From assembly GCF_003334255.1 (NCBI RefSeq), contig NZ_QOWU01000006.1: DNA of 64,000 nucleotides; one strand, written 5' to 3'. The position numbers and the translations under genes are program-made. Under the pieces are notes generated by a model. It saw nothing but the letters and a program-made list of their open reading frames with translations, was not told where the DNA came from and did no database searches. The DNA comes from Escherichia coli (GTDB taxonomy: Bacteria > Pseudomonadota > Gammaproteobacteria > Enterobacterales > Enterobacteriaceae). Shown in pieces: positions 25,057 to 40,463 of this stretch; within the stretch, counting starts at the first letter, position 1; the number at the start of each line of letters is the position of its first letter.

Positions 25057-25309
25057 AAATTGTTTTGCTACCAAACCTCATGGGTGGCAACGGGGCGCTA
25101 CTATAGGGAGTTGGAGTAAAACGGTCAAGAAGAATTTTAATGATAATTATTGTTTGCTCATACTGTAAACAAGTTGTGCAGTATATCTACATCGAGACAA
25201 GTTACGGACTTATACTTCCAAAGTACTTCATACATATCACAAAATAAAAAGGCCGGTTAAACCGACCTTTTACTCGTTCTTTCTCTTCGCCCATCAGGCG
25301 GTAAAACAA

Positions 25310-25531
<222 letters not shown>

Positions 25532-25812
25532 ATCCTCTGGGGTATCACTACCGTAATTTGAACCGGCAAGATAATGCCGAAGTTCTGTAAATAAGTAAAG
25601 ATTTGCGCGCTAAATCGCAACAAACAGGTTCGGCACATTACTCCGAAAACACACGGCTAAGCCGCACCAAAAGCGCAACGTATAAGGGAGCGGTGAGATA
25701 AACGATGGGCGTTACCTGACGCGAAAAATTCCTTATCGGCAGCGGGGTAATGAGCGTAACCAACTCTGCGACCGCAATTATAACACTCTGGGGAGAAATG
25801 TGCCGAAAACAT

Positions 25813-26517
25813 TCATTCTTGTGGTGAAAACAAGCATCGTGGTACCCAGAAATTATTCGGCAATCGTCCGAGGCGCATTTGATTGAGATAATTAAGGTAA
25901 TCCCGGCGGGGAATTTCGCAGGCACCAAGCGATGCTGTGTGATCGTTAAGGACCTGGCAGTCGATAAGCTTACCGCCATGACCGATAAATTCCTCACAGA
26001 ATACCAGAAGCGCCGTTTTAGACGCATTTTCCATCCGGCTGAACATGGACTCGCCACAAAATAGCGTTCCCTGGGCCACGCCGTACATACCGCCGACAAG
26101 CTCATCTTCACGCCAGACTTCAATGGAGTGGGCATGGCCGAGTTCGTGAAGGCGATGGTAGGCTTCGACCACGCCACGCGTGATCCAGGTTCCTTCTTCG
26201 CGATCGCTGGCACAGCCTTCAATGACCTGACCAAAAGCGTAATTCATCGTGACACGATAGGGCGAGCGTTTATGAAATCGCTTCATACTACGGCTGATAT
26301 GCAGTGATTCTGGCCATAGCACCGCGCGGGGATCGGGCGACCACCAGAGGATGGGGTCGCCTGGAGAAAACCACGGAAAAATACCACGCTGGTAAGCCAT
26401 TAACAGGCGCGCAGGGCTAAGATCGCCCCCAAGTGCCAGCAGGCCGTTAGGCTCACGTAATGCGCCTTCCGGGGAAGGGAAGGCTATTGAATGGCGAGAA
26501 AGCTGAACCAGGCGCAT
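25813..26517 (-). CDS. aat: Leucyl/phenylalanyl-tRNA--protein transferase
   Basis: 234-aa ORF in conserved position downstream of cydCD. Confidence 0.9.
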
Positions 26518-26558
26518 GACCGCAAAACTCCACGCAAGTCGGATCGTTCAATAATAGC

Positions 26559-28280
26559 TTACAAACCCTGCTTGAACTGGTAATAACGCCCCTGTCTGGC
26601 AAGCAGTTCTGCGTGAGTACCTTGCTCAATAATTTGCCCGTTGTCCATCACTATTATTTGTTGGAAACGAGAGAGTCCGCGAAGTCGATGGGTGACCATT
26701 AACACCGTTTTCTCACGCATCATTTCTGCAAGCAATTCAAGGATCTGGCTTTCGGTTGTGGCATCTAAGCCTTCGGTAGGTTCATCCAGCAACACCAGTG
26801 GCGCATCATGTAACAGCGCACGGGCGATAGCCAGACGGCGCAGTTCACCACCGGAGAGCTGGCGTCCGCCTTCACCTAACCAACTGTTGAGACCTGCATC
26901 CTCGAGCAGCTTTTCCAGGCCAACGCGACGCAAGATCTCCGACAGAGCCTCATCACTACTGCCAGGCGAGGCGAGTAAAAGATTATCACGCAGCGTGGCG
27001 CTAAACAGATGCACTCGCTGAGGAACAACGCTGATGGTCTGTCGTAGAGCCGCTTCATTCAGGCTGGCTATGGGGCTATCGTTAAGCAAAATCTCGCCCT
27101 GTTGCGGGTCCCATGCGCGGGTCAGCAGTTGTAACAGTGTTGATTTGCCGCATCCGGTTCGCCCGAGAATCGCTATATGTTCCCCGGCGTTTACCTGAAG
27201 AGAAATCCCTTTAAGTGCCTGTTGAGATTGCTCCGGATAAGTGAACTGAACATCCCGTAACGTCAGCGAAACGCGATCGGCAACACGAGTTTGGGTATCA
27301 GGAAAGGTGACCTCCGGTTTTTGATCCGTTAAGTCAGAGATACGTACGGCAGAGGCAATGACTTGCCCCAGATGCTGAAATGCACCCGTTACTGGTGCCA
27401 GTGCTTCAAACGCGGCTAACGCGCAGAAGACAAACAGGGCAATTAACGCGCCGGGTTGAGCATTGCCGCCAACGCCGCCAGACGCCATCCACAGCATCAG
27501 GATCACCGCTAACGCGCCAATGAGCAGCATTATCGCTTGCGACAATGCGGTCAGTTCAGATTGACGGCGTTGCGCTTCCAGCCATTGAATTTCTGTATTC
27601 TCTAGTTGCGTGCGATAACGATCGCTGGCACCAAAAATGGTCAGCTCAGCTTGCCCTTGCAGCCAGGCCGTCAGTTGTTGGCGATACTGTCCGCGAAGAT
27701 GAGTCAGATTTTGCCCGGTGCTTTTTCCCGCACGATAAAACAGCGGTGGCATCAGGAAAAGCGTCAGTAACATAATGCCGCCCAGCGTAAAGGCGAGGGT
27801 GAAATCAAGGAAACTTAACCCGATTGTCACCACCATAATCACCACAAAAGCGCCCACCAGCGGCGAGATAACGCGCAGGTAAAGATGATCGAGCGTATCA
27901 ACATCCGCCACCACGCGATTGAGCAATTCGCCCTGACGATAGCGCGCCAGTCCGGCAGGGGAGAGGGGCAGCAATTTGCTGAAGGTGTAAATGCGCAGAT
28001 GCTGCAACACGCGGAAAGTCGCGTCGTGACTTACCAGACGTTCAAAATAGCGCCCGGCAGTACGGGTGATTGCTGCGCCACGCACGCCCGCAGCGGGTAG
28101 CATATAGTTGAAGCTGTACAGTCCGGCAACCCCCGCAACCGCTGAGGCCGAGAGGAACCAGCCGGAAAGTGTCAACAGACCGATACTGGCGAGCAGCGTC
28201 ACAATTGCCAGCACAATACCAAGACTTAACATCCATTTATGACGTTTATACAGTGCCAGATAGGGTAGCAAAGCGCGCAT
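26559..28280 (-). CDS. cydC: Cysteine/glutathione ABC exporter CydC
   Basis: N-terminal membrane domain plus C-terminal ABC ATPase (GRTGCGKST). Confidence 0.9.
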   Translation of the reverse strand: MRALLPYLALYKRHKWMLSLGIVLAIVTLLASIGLLTLSGWFLSASAVAGVAGLYSFNYMLPAAGVRGAAITRTAGRYFERLVSHDATFRVLQHLRIYTFSKLLPLSPAGLARYRQGELLNRVVADVDTLDHLYLRVISPLVGAFVVIMVVTIGLSFLDFTLAFTLGGIMLLTLFLMPPLFYRAGKSTGQNLTHLRGQYRQQLTAWLQGQAELTIFGASDRYRTQLENTEIQWLEAQRRQSELTALSQAIMLLIGALAVILMLWMASGGVGGNAQPGALIALFVFCALAAFEALAPVTGAFQHLGQVIASAVRISDLTDQKPEVTFPDTQTRVADRVSLTLRDVQFTYPEQSQQALKGISLQVNAGEHIAILGRTGCGKSTLLQLLTRAWDPQQGEILLNDSPIASLNEAALRQTISVVPQRVHLFSATLRDNLLLASPGSSDEALSEILRRVGLEKLLEDAGLNSWLGEGGRQLSGGELRRLAIARALLHDAPLVLLDEPTEGLDATTESQILELLAEMMREKTVLMVTHRLRGLSRFQQIIVMDNGQIIEQGTHAELLARQGRYYQFKQGL

Positions 28281-30047
28281 TTAAATCTCCTCCTGACGAT
28301 GGGCCAGTAATGTGGCGAATGGGCCACCAGCCACACTTAATTCCGCGTAACGTCCTTGCTCAATAATCCGGCCATCCTGCATAACCCAAATGACATCCCA
28401 GTCAGCAAGATCTTCTAACTGGTGGGTGACCATTAACGTTGTCTGGCGCAGAGAGGCGGCATTCAGCGCCTCCATTACGCGCTGTTCACTGTGAGCATCA
28501 AGGCTGGCAGCGGGTTCATCCAACAGTAATAGCGAACAGGGATTTAGTAACGCACGGGCCACCGCCACGCGCTGCGCCTGCCCCACGGAAAGGCGGGCAG
28601 CCTGGTCGCCAACAGGCGTATCAACGCCTTGTGGGAGGAGCGGTAGAAACTCGCTGACCCAGGCGTTATCCAGCGCTGCTTGTAATTCTTGTTCGCTGGC
28701 ATCAGGTCGCGCCAGTAGTACGTTATCCCGCAATGTTGCTGCCGGTAATTGTGGGTTTTGCCCAACCCAGGAGAGATGTTTACGCCATGATTCTGGTGAT
28801 AAATCGCGTAATTCTATCCCGTTGATTCGTAGCGATCCCTGATATGAGAGAAAACCAGAAAGCGCGTTCAGCAGTGAGCTTTTACCTGAACCGCTGCGAC
28901 CAACCAACACCGCACGTTGGCCTGCTGGCAAAGTAAAGTTCAGCGGTCCGGCCAGCGTTTTACCTTCCGGCGACGTGATAAACAGCTCCTCGGCCTCAAT
29001 GGTCACCGGATCGGTCGATGCTAATTCCGCCTCACCACGTTGCGGATGGGCGAGCGGGGTTTCCATAAACGTTTTCAGACTGTCAGCTGCGCCAACAGCC
29101 TGGGCTTTAGCATGATAAAACGTACCGAGATCGCGTAATGGCTGGAAAAACTCTGGCGCAAGGATCAGGGCCAGAAAACCCGCAGCCAGCGTCACACCGG
29201 TATCGTAGTGACCAAAATCCAGCTCGCCGAGATAGGAAAAACCAAAGTAGACCGCCACCAGAGCAATTGACAGCGAGGTAAAAAATTCGAGAATGCCGGA
29301 GGATAAAAACGCCAGCCGTAGCACTTCCATTGTCCGTTGGCGGAAATCTTCCGAAGCAGAACGAATACTTTCAATTTCAGCTTCACCACGACCAAAAATA
29401 CGCAATGTTTCCATGCCGCGCAGGCGATCGAGGAAATGCCCACTTAAGCGAGCAAGAGCGAGAAAGTTACGTCGGTTAGCATCGGCAGCCCCCATTCCAA
29501 CCAGCGCCATAAACAACGGAATTAACGGTGCAGTGCCCAGCAGAATGAGCGCCGCAGCCCAGTTAGAGGGGAAGATTGCCACCACAATCAGCAACGGCAC
29601 CGACACTGCCAGCGCCATTTGCGGCAGATAGCGTGCATAGTAATCATGCATATCGTCAATTTGCTCGAGTACCAGCGTCGCCCAGCTCCCCGCAGGTTTA
29701 CCCTGAATCCACGCTGGCCCTGCTTGTTGCAGACGGTCGAGAACCTGACGGCGGATGGCAAAGCGGATATGCTGCCCGGCGTGATAACCCACCCGTTCGC
29801 GTAACCAGACCACCCATGCGCGCAGTACAAAGGTCAGAACCAGTAACGTAAAGGGAAGCAGCAGGGCTTCACGGGGAATATTCTCCATAATCATATGTTG
29901 CAGAATTCGCGCCATGAACCAGGCCTGGGCAATGATCAATATGCCGCTCACAAAGCCCAGCAGACGAGAAATATTCAGCCAACGTTGGGAGATGACGCTT
30001 TGCTGTTTTAACCAGCGGGTTAACTCTTTTTGACGAGATTTATTCAT
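28281..30047 (-). CDS. cydD: Cysteine/glutathione ABC exporter CydD
   Basis: Membrane domain plus ABC ATPase (GRSGSGKSS); abuts cydC. Confidence 0.9.
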   Translation of the reverse strand: MNKSRQKELTRWLKQQSVISQRWLNISRLLGFVSGILIIAQAWFMARILQHMIMENIPREALLLPFTLLVLTFVLRAWVVWLRERVGYHAGQHIRFAIRRQVLDRLQQAGPAWIQGKPAGSWATLVLEQIDDMHDYYARYLPQMALAVSVPLLIVVAIFPSNWAAALILLGTAPLIPLFMALVGMGAADANRRNFLALARLSGHFLDRLRGMETLRIFGRGEAEIESIRSASEDFRQRTMEVLRLAFLSSGILEFFTSLSIALVAVYFGFSYLGELDFGHYDTGVTLAAGFLALILAPEFFQPLRDLGTFYHAKAQAVGAADSLKTFMETPLAHPQRGEAELASTDPVTIEAEELFITSPEGKTLAGPLNFTLPAGQRAVLVGRSGSGKSSLLNALSGFLSYQGSLRINGIELRDLSPESWRKHLSWVGQNPQLPAATLRDNVLLARPDASEQELQAALDNAWVSEFLPLLPQGVDTPVGDQAARLSVGQAQRVAVARALLNPCSLLLLDEPAASLDAHSEQRVMEALNAASLRQTTLMVTHQLEDLADWDVIWVMQDGRIIEQGRYAELSVAGGPFATLLAHRQEEI

Positions 30048-30169
30048 TGCACGCTTAGCAGGTGAGTTATCAGAATTATTTGCAGAGCAATGTTACAACG
30101 GGGAAAAAATAAAGGCGACCCATAGTCGCATGGTGTCGCCTTCTTTACTTTTGTTACTGATTTGTAAAA

Positions 30170-31252
<1,083 letters not shown>

Positions 31253-31679
31253 TCAAATTCTCCCGTCATTATCACCTCTGCTACTTAAATTTCCCGCTTT
31301 ATAAGCCGATTAAATGATGAATAAACGCCCCTGTTAATGAATATCTGGCATGTTGTACTAAAAATCGATGTTTTGCTTTGACAATCCCCTGGTGTTTTGC
31401 GAAAACATTCGAGGAAGAAAAAAAACAGTATTCTTATATGCGCATAACCATGCATGTAAATACCATGTTTACCGTGCTAGTGAAATCTACGTATGGCGTG
31501 GACAGACGCCATTCGTGATGTCGATAGCTGCCACAAGGCAACGGTCTTCTCACCGTAGACCCAGGCATTGCGCGCCGTGAATCTTCATGATTTCGGTCTA
31601 TCGTGACGGGTAGCGACTCTGAACAGTGATGTTTCAGGGTCAGACAGGAGTAGGGAAGGAATACAGAGAGACAATAATA

Positions 31680-32174
31680 ATGGTAGATAGCAAGAAGCGC
31701 CCTGGCAAAGATCTCGACCGTATCGATCGTAACATTCTTAATGAGTTGCAAAAGGATGGGCGTATTTCTAACGTCGAGCTTTCTAAACGTGTGGGACTTT
31801 CCCCAACGCCGTGCCTTGAGCGTGTGCGTCGGCTGGAAAGACAAGGGTTTATTCAGGGCTATACGGCGCTGCTTAACCCCCATTATCTGGATGCATCACT
31901 TCTGGTATTCGTTGAGATTACTCTGAATCGTGGCGCACCGGATGTGTTTGAACAATTCAATACCGCTGTACAAAAACTTGAAGAAATTCAGGAGTGTCAT
32001 TTAGTATCCGGTGATTTCGACTACCTGTTGAAAACACGCGTGCCGGATATGTCAGCCTACCGTAAGTTGCTGGGGGAAACCCTGCTGCGTCTGCCTGGCG
32101 TCAATGACACACGGACATACGTTGTTATGGAAGAAGTCAAGCAGAGTAATCGTCTGGTTATTAAGACGCGCTAA
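31680..32174 (+). CDS. lrp: Leucine-responsive regulatory protein
   Basis: 164 aa MVDSKKRPGKDLDRIDRNIL; AsnC-family HTH. Confidence 0.95.
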   Translation: MVDSKKRPGKDLDRIDRNILNELQKDGRISNVELSKRVGLSPTPCLERVRRLERQGFIQGYTALLNPHYLDASLLVFVEITLNRGAPDVFEQFNTAVQKLEEIQECHLVSGDFDYLLKTRVPDMSAYRKLLGETLLRLPGVNDTRTYVVMEEVKQSNRLVIKTR

Positions 32175-32308
32175 CACGGAACAGGTGCAAAATCGGCGTA
32201 TTTTGATTACACTCCTGTTAATCCATACAGCAACAGTACTGGGGTAACCTGGTACTGTTGTCCGTTTTAGCATCGGGCAGGAAAAGCCTGTAACCTGGAG
32301 AGCCTTTC

Positions 32309-35300
32309 TTGAGCCAGGAATACACTGAAGACAAAGAAGTCACATTGACAAAGTTAAGTAGCGGCCGCCGCCTTCTGGAGGCGTTGCTGATCCTTATTGT
32401 CCTGTTTGCCGTCTGGTTGATGGCTGCCTTACTAAGCTTTAACCCTTCGGACCCCAGCTGGTCGCAAACGGCCTGGCATGAACCTATCCATAATTTAGGT
32501 GGGATGCCCGGTGCGTGGTTGGCAGATACGCTGTTCTTTATTTTTGGCGTGATGGCTTACACCATTCCCGTCATTATTGTCGGCGGTTGTTGGTTTGCCT
32601 GGCGTCATCAGTCCAGCGACGAATACATTGATTATTTTGCCGTTTCGCTACGCATCATTGGCGTTTTGGCGCTCATCCTTACCTCCTGTGGTCTGGCGGC
32701 AATCAACGCTGACGATATCTGGTATTTTGCCTCCGGTGGCGTCATTGGCAGCTTACTAAGCACTACGCTACAACCACTGCTACACAGTAGCGGGGGAACT
32801 ATTGCGCTGCTCTGCGTTTGGGCAGCGGGCCTGACGTTGTTCACCGGTTGGTCATGGGTGACCATTGCTGAAAAACTCGGCGGCTGGATTTTAAACATTC
32901 TCACCTTCGCCAGTAATCGTACCCGTCGCGATGATACCTGGGTCGATGAAGATGAGTATGAAGACGACGAAGAGTATGAAGATGAAAATCACGGCAAACA
33001 GCATGAATCACGCCGTGCCCGTATTCTTCGCGGCGCGCTAGCGCGTCGTAAACGGTTGGCGGAAAAATTCATTAATCCGATGGGGCGGCAAACAGACGCT
33101 GCGTTGTTCTCCGGTAAGCGGATGGATGATGACGAAGAGATTACCTACACTGCACGCGGTGTGGCTGCCGACCCGGACGACGTCCTATTTTCGGGCAATC
33201 GTGCAACGCAGCCAGAATATGACGAATACGATCCATTATTAAACGGTGCGCCAATTACCGAACCTGTCGCTGTAGCAGCTGCTGCTACCACGGCGACACA
33301 AAGCTGGGCTGCGCCGGTTGAACCTGTGACTCAGACGCCGCCTGTTGCCTCTGTTGATGTTCCACCTGCGCAACCTACAGTAGCCTGGCAGCCTGTACCG
33401 GGTCCACAAACGGGAGAGCCGGTTATTGCTCCTGCACCGGAAGGTTACCCACAGCAGTCACAATATGCGCAGCCTGCAGTGCAATATAATGAGCCGCTGC
33501 AACAACCAGTACAGCCGCAGCAGCCGTATTATGCACCTGCAGCTGAACAACCTGCGCAACAGCCGTATTATGCCCCTGCGCCAGAACAACCGGTGGCAGG
33601 TAACGCCTGGCAAGCCGAAGAGCAGCAATCCACTTTTGCTCCACAGTCTACATACCAGACTGAGCAAACTTATCAGCAGCCAGCCGCTCAGGAGCCGTTG
33701 TACCAACAGCCGCAACCCGTTGAACAGCAGCCTGTTGTGGAGCCTGAACCCGTTGTAGAAGAGACAAAACCCGCGCGTCCGCCGCTTTACTACTTTGAAG
33801 AAGTTGAAGAGAAGCGAGCCCGTGAACGTGAACAACTTGCGGCCTGGTATCAACCGATTCCAGAACCGGTTAAAGAACCAGAACCGATCAAATCTTCGCT
33901 GAAAGCACCTTCTGTTGCAGCAGTACCTCCAGTAGAAGCCGCTGCCGCTGTTTCCCCGCTGGCATCTGGCGTGAAAAAAGCGACACTGGCGACGGGGGCT
34001 GCCGCAACCGTTGCCGCGCCAGTCTTCAGTCTGGCAAATAGCGGTGGACCGCGTCCTCAGGTCAAAGAGGGGATTGGTCCGCAGTTGCCACGACCGAAAC
34101 GTATCCGCGTGCCAACTCGTCGTGAACTGGCGTCTTACGGTATTAAGCTGCCCTCACAGCGTGCGGCGGAAGAAAAAGCCCGTGAAGCCCAGCGCAATCA
34201 GTACGATTCTGGCGATCAGTACAACGATGATGAAATCGATGCGATGCAGCAGGATGAACTGGCACGTCAGTTCGCCCAGACACAGCAGCAACGCTATGGC
34301 GAACAGTATCAACATGATGTGCCCGTAAACGCAGAAGATGCAGATGCTGCGGCAGAGGCTGAACTGGCTCGTCAGTTTGCGCAAACTCAACAACAACGTT
34401 ATTCCGGCGAACAACCGGCTGGGGCGAATCCGTTCTCGCTGGATGATTTTGAATTTTCGCCAATGAAAGCGTTGCTGGATGATGGTCCACACGAACCGTT
34501 GTTTACGCCAATTGTTGAACCTGTACAGCAGCCGCAACAACCGGTTGCACCGCAGCAGCAATATCAGCAGCCGCAACAACCAGTTCCGCCGCAGCCGCAG
34601 TATCAGCAGCCACAACAGCCGGTTGCGCCGCAGCCACAATATCAGCAGCCGCAACAACCGGTTGCGCCACAGCAGCAATATCAGCAGCCGCAACAACCGG
34701 TTGCGCCGCAGCAGCAGTATCAGCAGCCACAACAGCCAGTTGCGCCACAACCGCAGGATACCCTGCTTCATCCGCTGTTGATGCGTAATGGCGACAGCCG
34801 TCCGTTGCATAAACCGACGACGCCGCTGCCTTCTCTGGATTTGCTGACACCGCCGCCGAGCGAAGTGGAGCCGGTAGATACCTTTGCGCTTGAACAAATG
34901 GCTCGCCTGGTGGAAGCGCGTCTGGCTGATTTCCGTATTAAAGCCGATGTCGTCAATTACTCTCCGGGGCCGGTTATCACTCGCTTTGAATTGAACCTGG
35001 CACCGGGCGTAAAAGCGGCGCGCATTTCTAACTTGTCACGGGACCTTGCCCGTTCACTTTCGACGGTGGCGGTGCGTGTCGTTGAAGTTATTCCTGGCAA
35101 ACCCTATGTAGGTCTGGAGTTACCGAATAAAAAACGACAAACCGTTTATCTGCGCGAAGTTTTGGATAACGCCAAATTCCGCGATAATCCGTCGCCATTA
35201 ACCGTGGTGCTGGGTAAAGATATCGCCGGTGAGCCGGTGGTTGCCGATCTGGCGAAAATGCCGCACTTGTTGGTTGCGGGGACTACCGGTTCCGGTAAAT

Positions 35301-36298
35301 CTGTCGGTGTGAACGCGATGATCCTGAGCATGCTTTATAAAGCACAGCCAGAAGATGTGCGTTTCATCATGATCGACCCGAAAATGCTGGAGCTTTCGGT
35401 TTATGAAGGCATTCCGCATCTGTTAACGGAAGTCGTTACTGATATGAAAGATGCCGCCAACGCGCTGCGCTGGTGTGTTAACGAGATGGAGCGTCGGTAT
35501 AAACTGATGTCTGCGCTGGGTGTGCGTAATCTGGCGGGTTATAACGAAAAAATTGCTGAAGCCGATCGCATGATGCGTCCGATTCCAGACCCGTACTGGA
35601 AGCCGGGTGACAGTATGGATGCCCAGCATCCGGTGCTGAAAAAAGAACCATACATTGTGGTGTTGGTTGACGAATTTGCCGACCTGATGATGACGGTAGG
35701 TAAAAAAGTGGAAGAGCTGATAGCACGTCTGGCGCAAAAAGCCCGTGCCGCGGGTATCCACCTCGTACTGGCAACTCAGCGTCCATCGGTTGATGTTATT
35801 ACTGGTCTGATTAAAGCGAATATTCCGACCCGTATCGCCTTTACCGTATCCAGTAAGATTGACTCACGTACCATTCTTGATCAGGCTGGCGCGGAATCAC
35901 TGCTGGGTATGGGGGATATGCTCTACTCTGGGCCGAACTCCACGTTGCCGGTACGTGTCCATGGTGCTTTTGTTCGCGATCAGGAAGTTCATGCCGTGGT
36001 GCAGGACTGGAAAGCGCGTGGTCGCCCACAGTATGTTGATGGCATCACCTCCGACAGCGAAAGCGAAGGTGGTGCGGGTGGTTTCGATGGCGCTGAAGAA
36101 CTGGATCCGTTGTTCGATCAGGCGGTGCAGTTTGTCACTGAAAAACGCAAAGCGTCAATTTCTGGCGTACAGCGTCAGTTCCGCATTGGTTATAACCGTG
36201 CAGCGCGTATTATCGAACAGATGGAAGCGCAGGGGATTGTCAGCGAACAGGGGCACAACGGTAATCGTGAAGTGCTGGCCCCACCGCCGTTTGACTAA
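32309..36298 (+). CDS. ftsK: DNA translocase FtsK
   Basis: 1329 aa: N-terminal membrane domain, PQ-rich linker, C-terminal motor (Walker A GTTGSGKS) and gamma domain. Confidence 0.95.
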   Translation: MSQEYTEDKEVTLTKLSSGRRLLEALLILIVLFAVWLMAALLSFNPSDPSWSQTAWHEPIHNLGGMPGAWLADTLFFIFGVMAYTIPVIIVGGCWFAWRHQSSDEYIDYFAVSLRIIGVLALILTSCGLAAINADDIWYFASGGVIGSLLSTTLQPLLHSSGGTIALLCVWAAGLTLFTGWSWVTIAEKLGGWILNILTFASNRTRRDDTWVDEDEYEDDEEYEDENHGKQHESRRARILRGALARRKRLAEKFINPMGRQTDAALFSGKRMDDDEEITYTARGVAADPDDVLFSGNRATQPEYDEYDPLLNGAPITEPVAVAAAATTATQSWAAPVEPVTQTPPVASVDVPPAQPTVAWQPVPGPQTGEPVIAPAPEGYPQQSQYAQPAVQYNEPLQQPVQPQQPYYAPAAEQPAQQPYYAPAPEQPVAGNAWQAEEQQSTFAPQSTYQTEQTYQQPAAQEPLYQQPQPVEQQPVVEPEPVVEETKPARPPLYYFEEVEEKRAREREQLAAWYQPIPEPVKEPEPIKSSLKAPSVAAVPPVEAAAAVSPLASGVKKATLATGAAATVAAPVFSLANSGGPRPQVKEGIGPQLPRPKRIRVPTRRELASYGIKLPSQRAAEEKAREAQRNQYDSGDQYNDDEIDAMQQDELARQFAQTQQQRYGEQYQHDVPVNAEDADAAAEAELARQFAQTQQQRYSGEQPAGANPFSLDDFEFSPMKALLDDGPHEPLFTPIVEPVQQPQQPVAPQQQYQQPQQPVPPQPQYQQPQQPVAPQPQYQQPQQPVAPQQQYQQPQQPVAPQQQYQQPQQPVAPQPQDTLLHPLLMRNGDSRPLHKPTTPLPSLDLLTPPPSEVEPVDTFALEQMARLVEARLADFRIKADVVNYSPGPVITRFELNLAPGVKAARISNLSRDLARSLSTVAVRVVEVIPGKPYVGLELPNKKRQTVYLREVLDNAKFRDNPSPLTVVLGKDIAGEPVVADLAKMPHLLVAGTTGSGKSVGVNAMILSMLYKAQPEDVRFIMIDPKMLELSVYEGIPHLLTEVVTDMKDAANALRWCVNEMERRYKLMSALGVRNLAGYNEKIAEADRMMRPIPDPYWKPGDSMDAQHPVLKKEPYIVVLVDEFADLMMTVGKKVEELIARLAQKARAAGIHLVLATQRPSVDVITGLIKANIPTRIAFTVSSKIDSRTILDQAGAESLLGMGDMLYSGPNSTLPVRVHGAFVRDQEVHAVVQDWKARGRPQYVDGITSDSESEGGAGGFDGAEELDPLFDQAVQFVTEKRKASISGVQRQFRIGYNRAARIIEQMEAQGIVSEQGHNGNREVLAPPPFD
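34520..34760 (+). repeat. In-frame tandem coding repeats in the FtsK linker ([10 protein letters not shown] units)
   Basis: Near-identical ~33-39 nt units cagcagccgcaacaaccggttgcgccgcagc... repeated about six times. Confidence 0.85.
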
Positions 36299-36456
36299 CT
36301 AATGCATCGTATGCCGGATAAGGCGCGGTAGCGTCGCATCCGGCACTCTATCAACTGAAAATTCAGTATTTTCTTCTTTCCTCAAGCTGATTATTAGCCT
36401 GGAATAGAGAGTAGAGGGAACTCCCGATCGGGAGTGACGTAATTTGAGGAATAATG

Positions 36457-37068
36457 ATGAAAAAAATTGCCATCACCTGTGCATTACTCTCAAGCTTAGT
36501 AGCAAGCAGCGTTTGGGCTGATGCCGCAAGCGATCTGAAAAGCCGCCTGGATAAAGTCAGCAGCTTCCACGCCAGCTTCACACAAAAAGTGACTGACGGT
36601 AGCGGCGCGGCGGTGCAGGAAGGTCAGGGCGATCTGTGGGTGAAACGTCCAAACTTATTCAACTGGCATATGACACAACCTGATGAAAGCATTCTGGTTT
36701 CTGACGGTAAAACACTGTGGTTCTATAACCCGTTCGTTGAGCAAGCTACGGCAACCTGGCTGAAAGATGCCACCGGTAATACGCCGTTTATGCTGATTGC
36801 CCGCAACCAGTCCAGCGACTGGCAGCAGTACAATATCAAACAGAATGGCGATGACTTTGTCCTGACGCCGAAAGCCAGCAATGGCAATCTGAAGCAGTTC
36901 ACCATTAACGTGGGACGTGATGGCACAATCCATCAGTTTAGCGCGGTGGAGCAGGACGATCAGCGCAGCAGTTATCAACTGAAATCCCAGCAAAATGGGG
37001 CTGTGGATGCAGCGAAATTTACCTTCACCCCGCCGCAAGGCGTCACGGTAGATGATCAACGTAAGTAG
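36457..37068 (+). CDS. lolA: Outer-membrane lipoprotein carrier protein LolA
   Basis: Signal peptide [21 protein letters not shown]; ~203 aa. Confidence 0.9.
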
Positions 37069-37078
37069 AGGCACCTGA

Positions 37079-38422
37079 GTGAGCAATCTGTCGCTCGATT
37101 TTTCGGATAATACTTTTCAACCTCTGGCCGCGCGTATGCGGCCAGAAAATTTAGCACAGTATATCGGCCAGCAACATTTGCTGGCTGCGGGGAAGCCGTT
37201 GCCGCGCGCTATCGAAGCCGGGCATTTACATTCTATGATCCTCTGGGGGCCGCCGGGTACCGGCAAAACAACTCTCGCTGAAGTGATTGCCCGCTATGCG
37301 AACGCTGATGTGGAACGTATTTCTGCCGTCACCTCTGGCGTGAAAGAGATTCGCGAGGCGATCGAGCGCGCCCGGCAAAACCGCAATGCAGGTCGCCGCA
37401 CTATTCTTTTTGTTGACGAAGTTCACCGTTTCAACAAAAGCCAGCAGGATGCATTTCTGCCACATATTGAAGACGGCACCATCACTTTTATTGGCGCAAC
37501 CACTGAAAACCCGTCGTTTGAGCTTAATTCGGCACTGCTTTCCCGTGCCCGTGTCTATCTGTTGAAATCCCTGAGTACAGAGGATATTGAGCAAGTACTA
37601 ACTCAGGCGATGGAAGACAAAACCCGTGGCTATGGTGGTCAGGATATTGTTCTGCCAGATGAAACACGACGCGCCATTGCTGAACTGGTGAATGGCGACG
37701 CGCGCCGGGCGTTAAATACGCTGGAAATGATGGCGGATATGGCCGAAGTCGATGATAGCGGTAAGCGGGTCCTGAAGCCTGAATTACTGACCGAAATCGC
37801 CGGTGAACGTAGCGCCCGCTTTGATAACAAAGGCGATCGCTTTTACGATCTGATTTCCGCACTGCATAAGTCGGTACGTGGTAGCGCACCCGATGCGGCG
37901 CTGTACTGGTATGCGCGAATTATTACCGCTGGTGGCGATCCGTTATATGTCGCGCGTCGCTGTCTGGCGATTGCGTCTGAAGACGTCGGTAATGCCGATC
38001 CACGGGCGATGCAGGTGGCAATTGCGGCCTGGGATTGCTTTACTCGCGTTGGCCCGGCGGAAGGTGAACGCGCCATTGCTCAGGCGATTGTTTACCTGGC
38101 CTGCGCGCCAAAAAGCAACGCTGTCTACACTGCGTTTAAAGCCGCGCTGGCCGATGCTCGCGAACGCCCGGATTATGACGTGCCGGTTCATTTGCGTAAT
38201 GCGCCGACGAAATTAATGAAGGAAATGGGCTACGGGCAGGAATATCGTTACGCTCATGATGAAGCAAACGCTTATGCTGCCGGTGAGGTTTACTTCCCGC
38301 CGGAAATAGCACAAACACGCTATTATTTCCCGACAAACAGGGGCCTTGAAGGCAAGATTGGCGAAAAGCTCGCCTGGCTGGCTGAACAGGATCAAAATAG
38401 CCCCATAAAACGCTACCGTTAA
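37079..38422 (+). CDS. rarA: Replication-associated recombination protein A
   Basis: AAA+ motif [11 protein letters not shown]; GTG start. Confidence 0.9.
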
Positions 38423-38491
38423 TGTTATCGTTGCGGTAATGTTGTTACTGTATCCCTGTGGTCGCAGGCTGTGGCCACATCTCCCATTTAA

Positions 38492-39805
<1,314 letters not shown>

Positions 39806-39989
39806 TACCCAATTTTTCTGAATCTAAAAAGCGCCTGCGGGCGGTTTTTGCATGAGATTAATTAACTGAAAATAAAAGGGATTTATTTTCAGGTGTCCAT
39901 ATAATGTCCATCTTTGAAACAAAAAAGCCCGCAGTTTTTACGCTACGGGCTTTGTTTTTCTTTGTGACTTGCGTGTGAGGGTGCTACTT

Positions 39990-40355
39990 TCGACCGAACC
40001 TTTGGCAACCGGATAGCGGGGGCTTTCACCCCCGCTGCGGTTTCTTACTGTTTACACTGCAAGAACGCCGCAAATTCTGACCACATGATGTTAAGTCTGA
40101 ACTCACACGGCGAACGGTGTATCATCCAGACTGTCAACAACATGGTTAAGCATAAAATGCTCACGATGATCGTTTTTTGCGGCATAGCGCTTGCTCCTTT
40201 TTCAAAGAGGCGCTAACCTTCCACTTGCGAAGGTTAGATGGTTAGGGCCTCGGGTTAAACAAATGTTTGACTCGGGGCCTTTTCACATCCGGCCTTCAGG
40301 TAATCCTTCCAGCCGTCAGCCGAAAGGCACCCACGTGTAATCTACTGATTTCCCT
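39990..40355. repeat. Tandem repeat unit 1 (hok-like toxin locus)
   Basis: ~366 bp, ~95% identical to unit 2, with indels clustered in a predicted stem-loop. Confidence 0.85.
40045..40185 (-). CDS. Hok-family type I toxin (46 aa), copy 1
   Basis: Translates MPQKTIIVSILCLTMLLTVWMIHRSPCEFRLNIMWSEFAAFLQCKQ; single TM helix, conserved Cys, resembles HokA (MPQK...); AAGGAG upstream. Confidence 0.75.
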   Translation of the reverse strand: MPQKTIIVSILCLTMLLTVWMIHRSPCEFRLNIMWSEFAAFLQCKQ

Positions 40356-40463
40356 TTGTGCGCGCAATGCTCAGTGTTGAAACTGTTTAGGGGGAGGGCG
40401 GCAAAAAAGCCCGCATATTGCGGGCAAATACGTCTGTAATCCAATGGAGAAAGGGGTGCCATA

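Noticed and set aside
34520-34760. Regular short repeats considered as a possible CRISPR array
   Set aside because: The repeats are contiguous with no spacers and lie in frame inside ftsK.
33423-34956. Multiple long ORFs (up to 247 aa) antisense or out of frame within ftsK
   Set aside because: Artefacts of the low-complexity repetitive PQ-linker coding region; no independent start signals.
40140-40215. Plus-strand small hydrophobic ORF (MVKHKMLTMIVFCGIALAPFSKRR) inside hok repeat unit 1
   Set aside because: Its reading frame is broken by a 1-nt indel in repeat unit 2, whereas the minus-strand Hok ORF is intact in both copies; it is probably just the antisense of the hok coding region.
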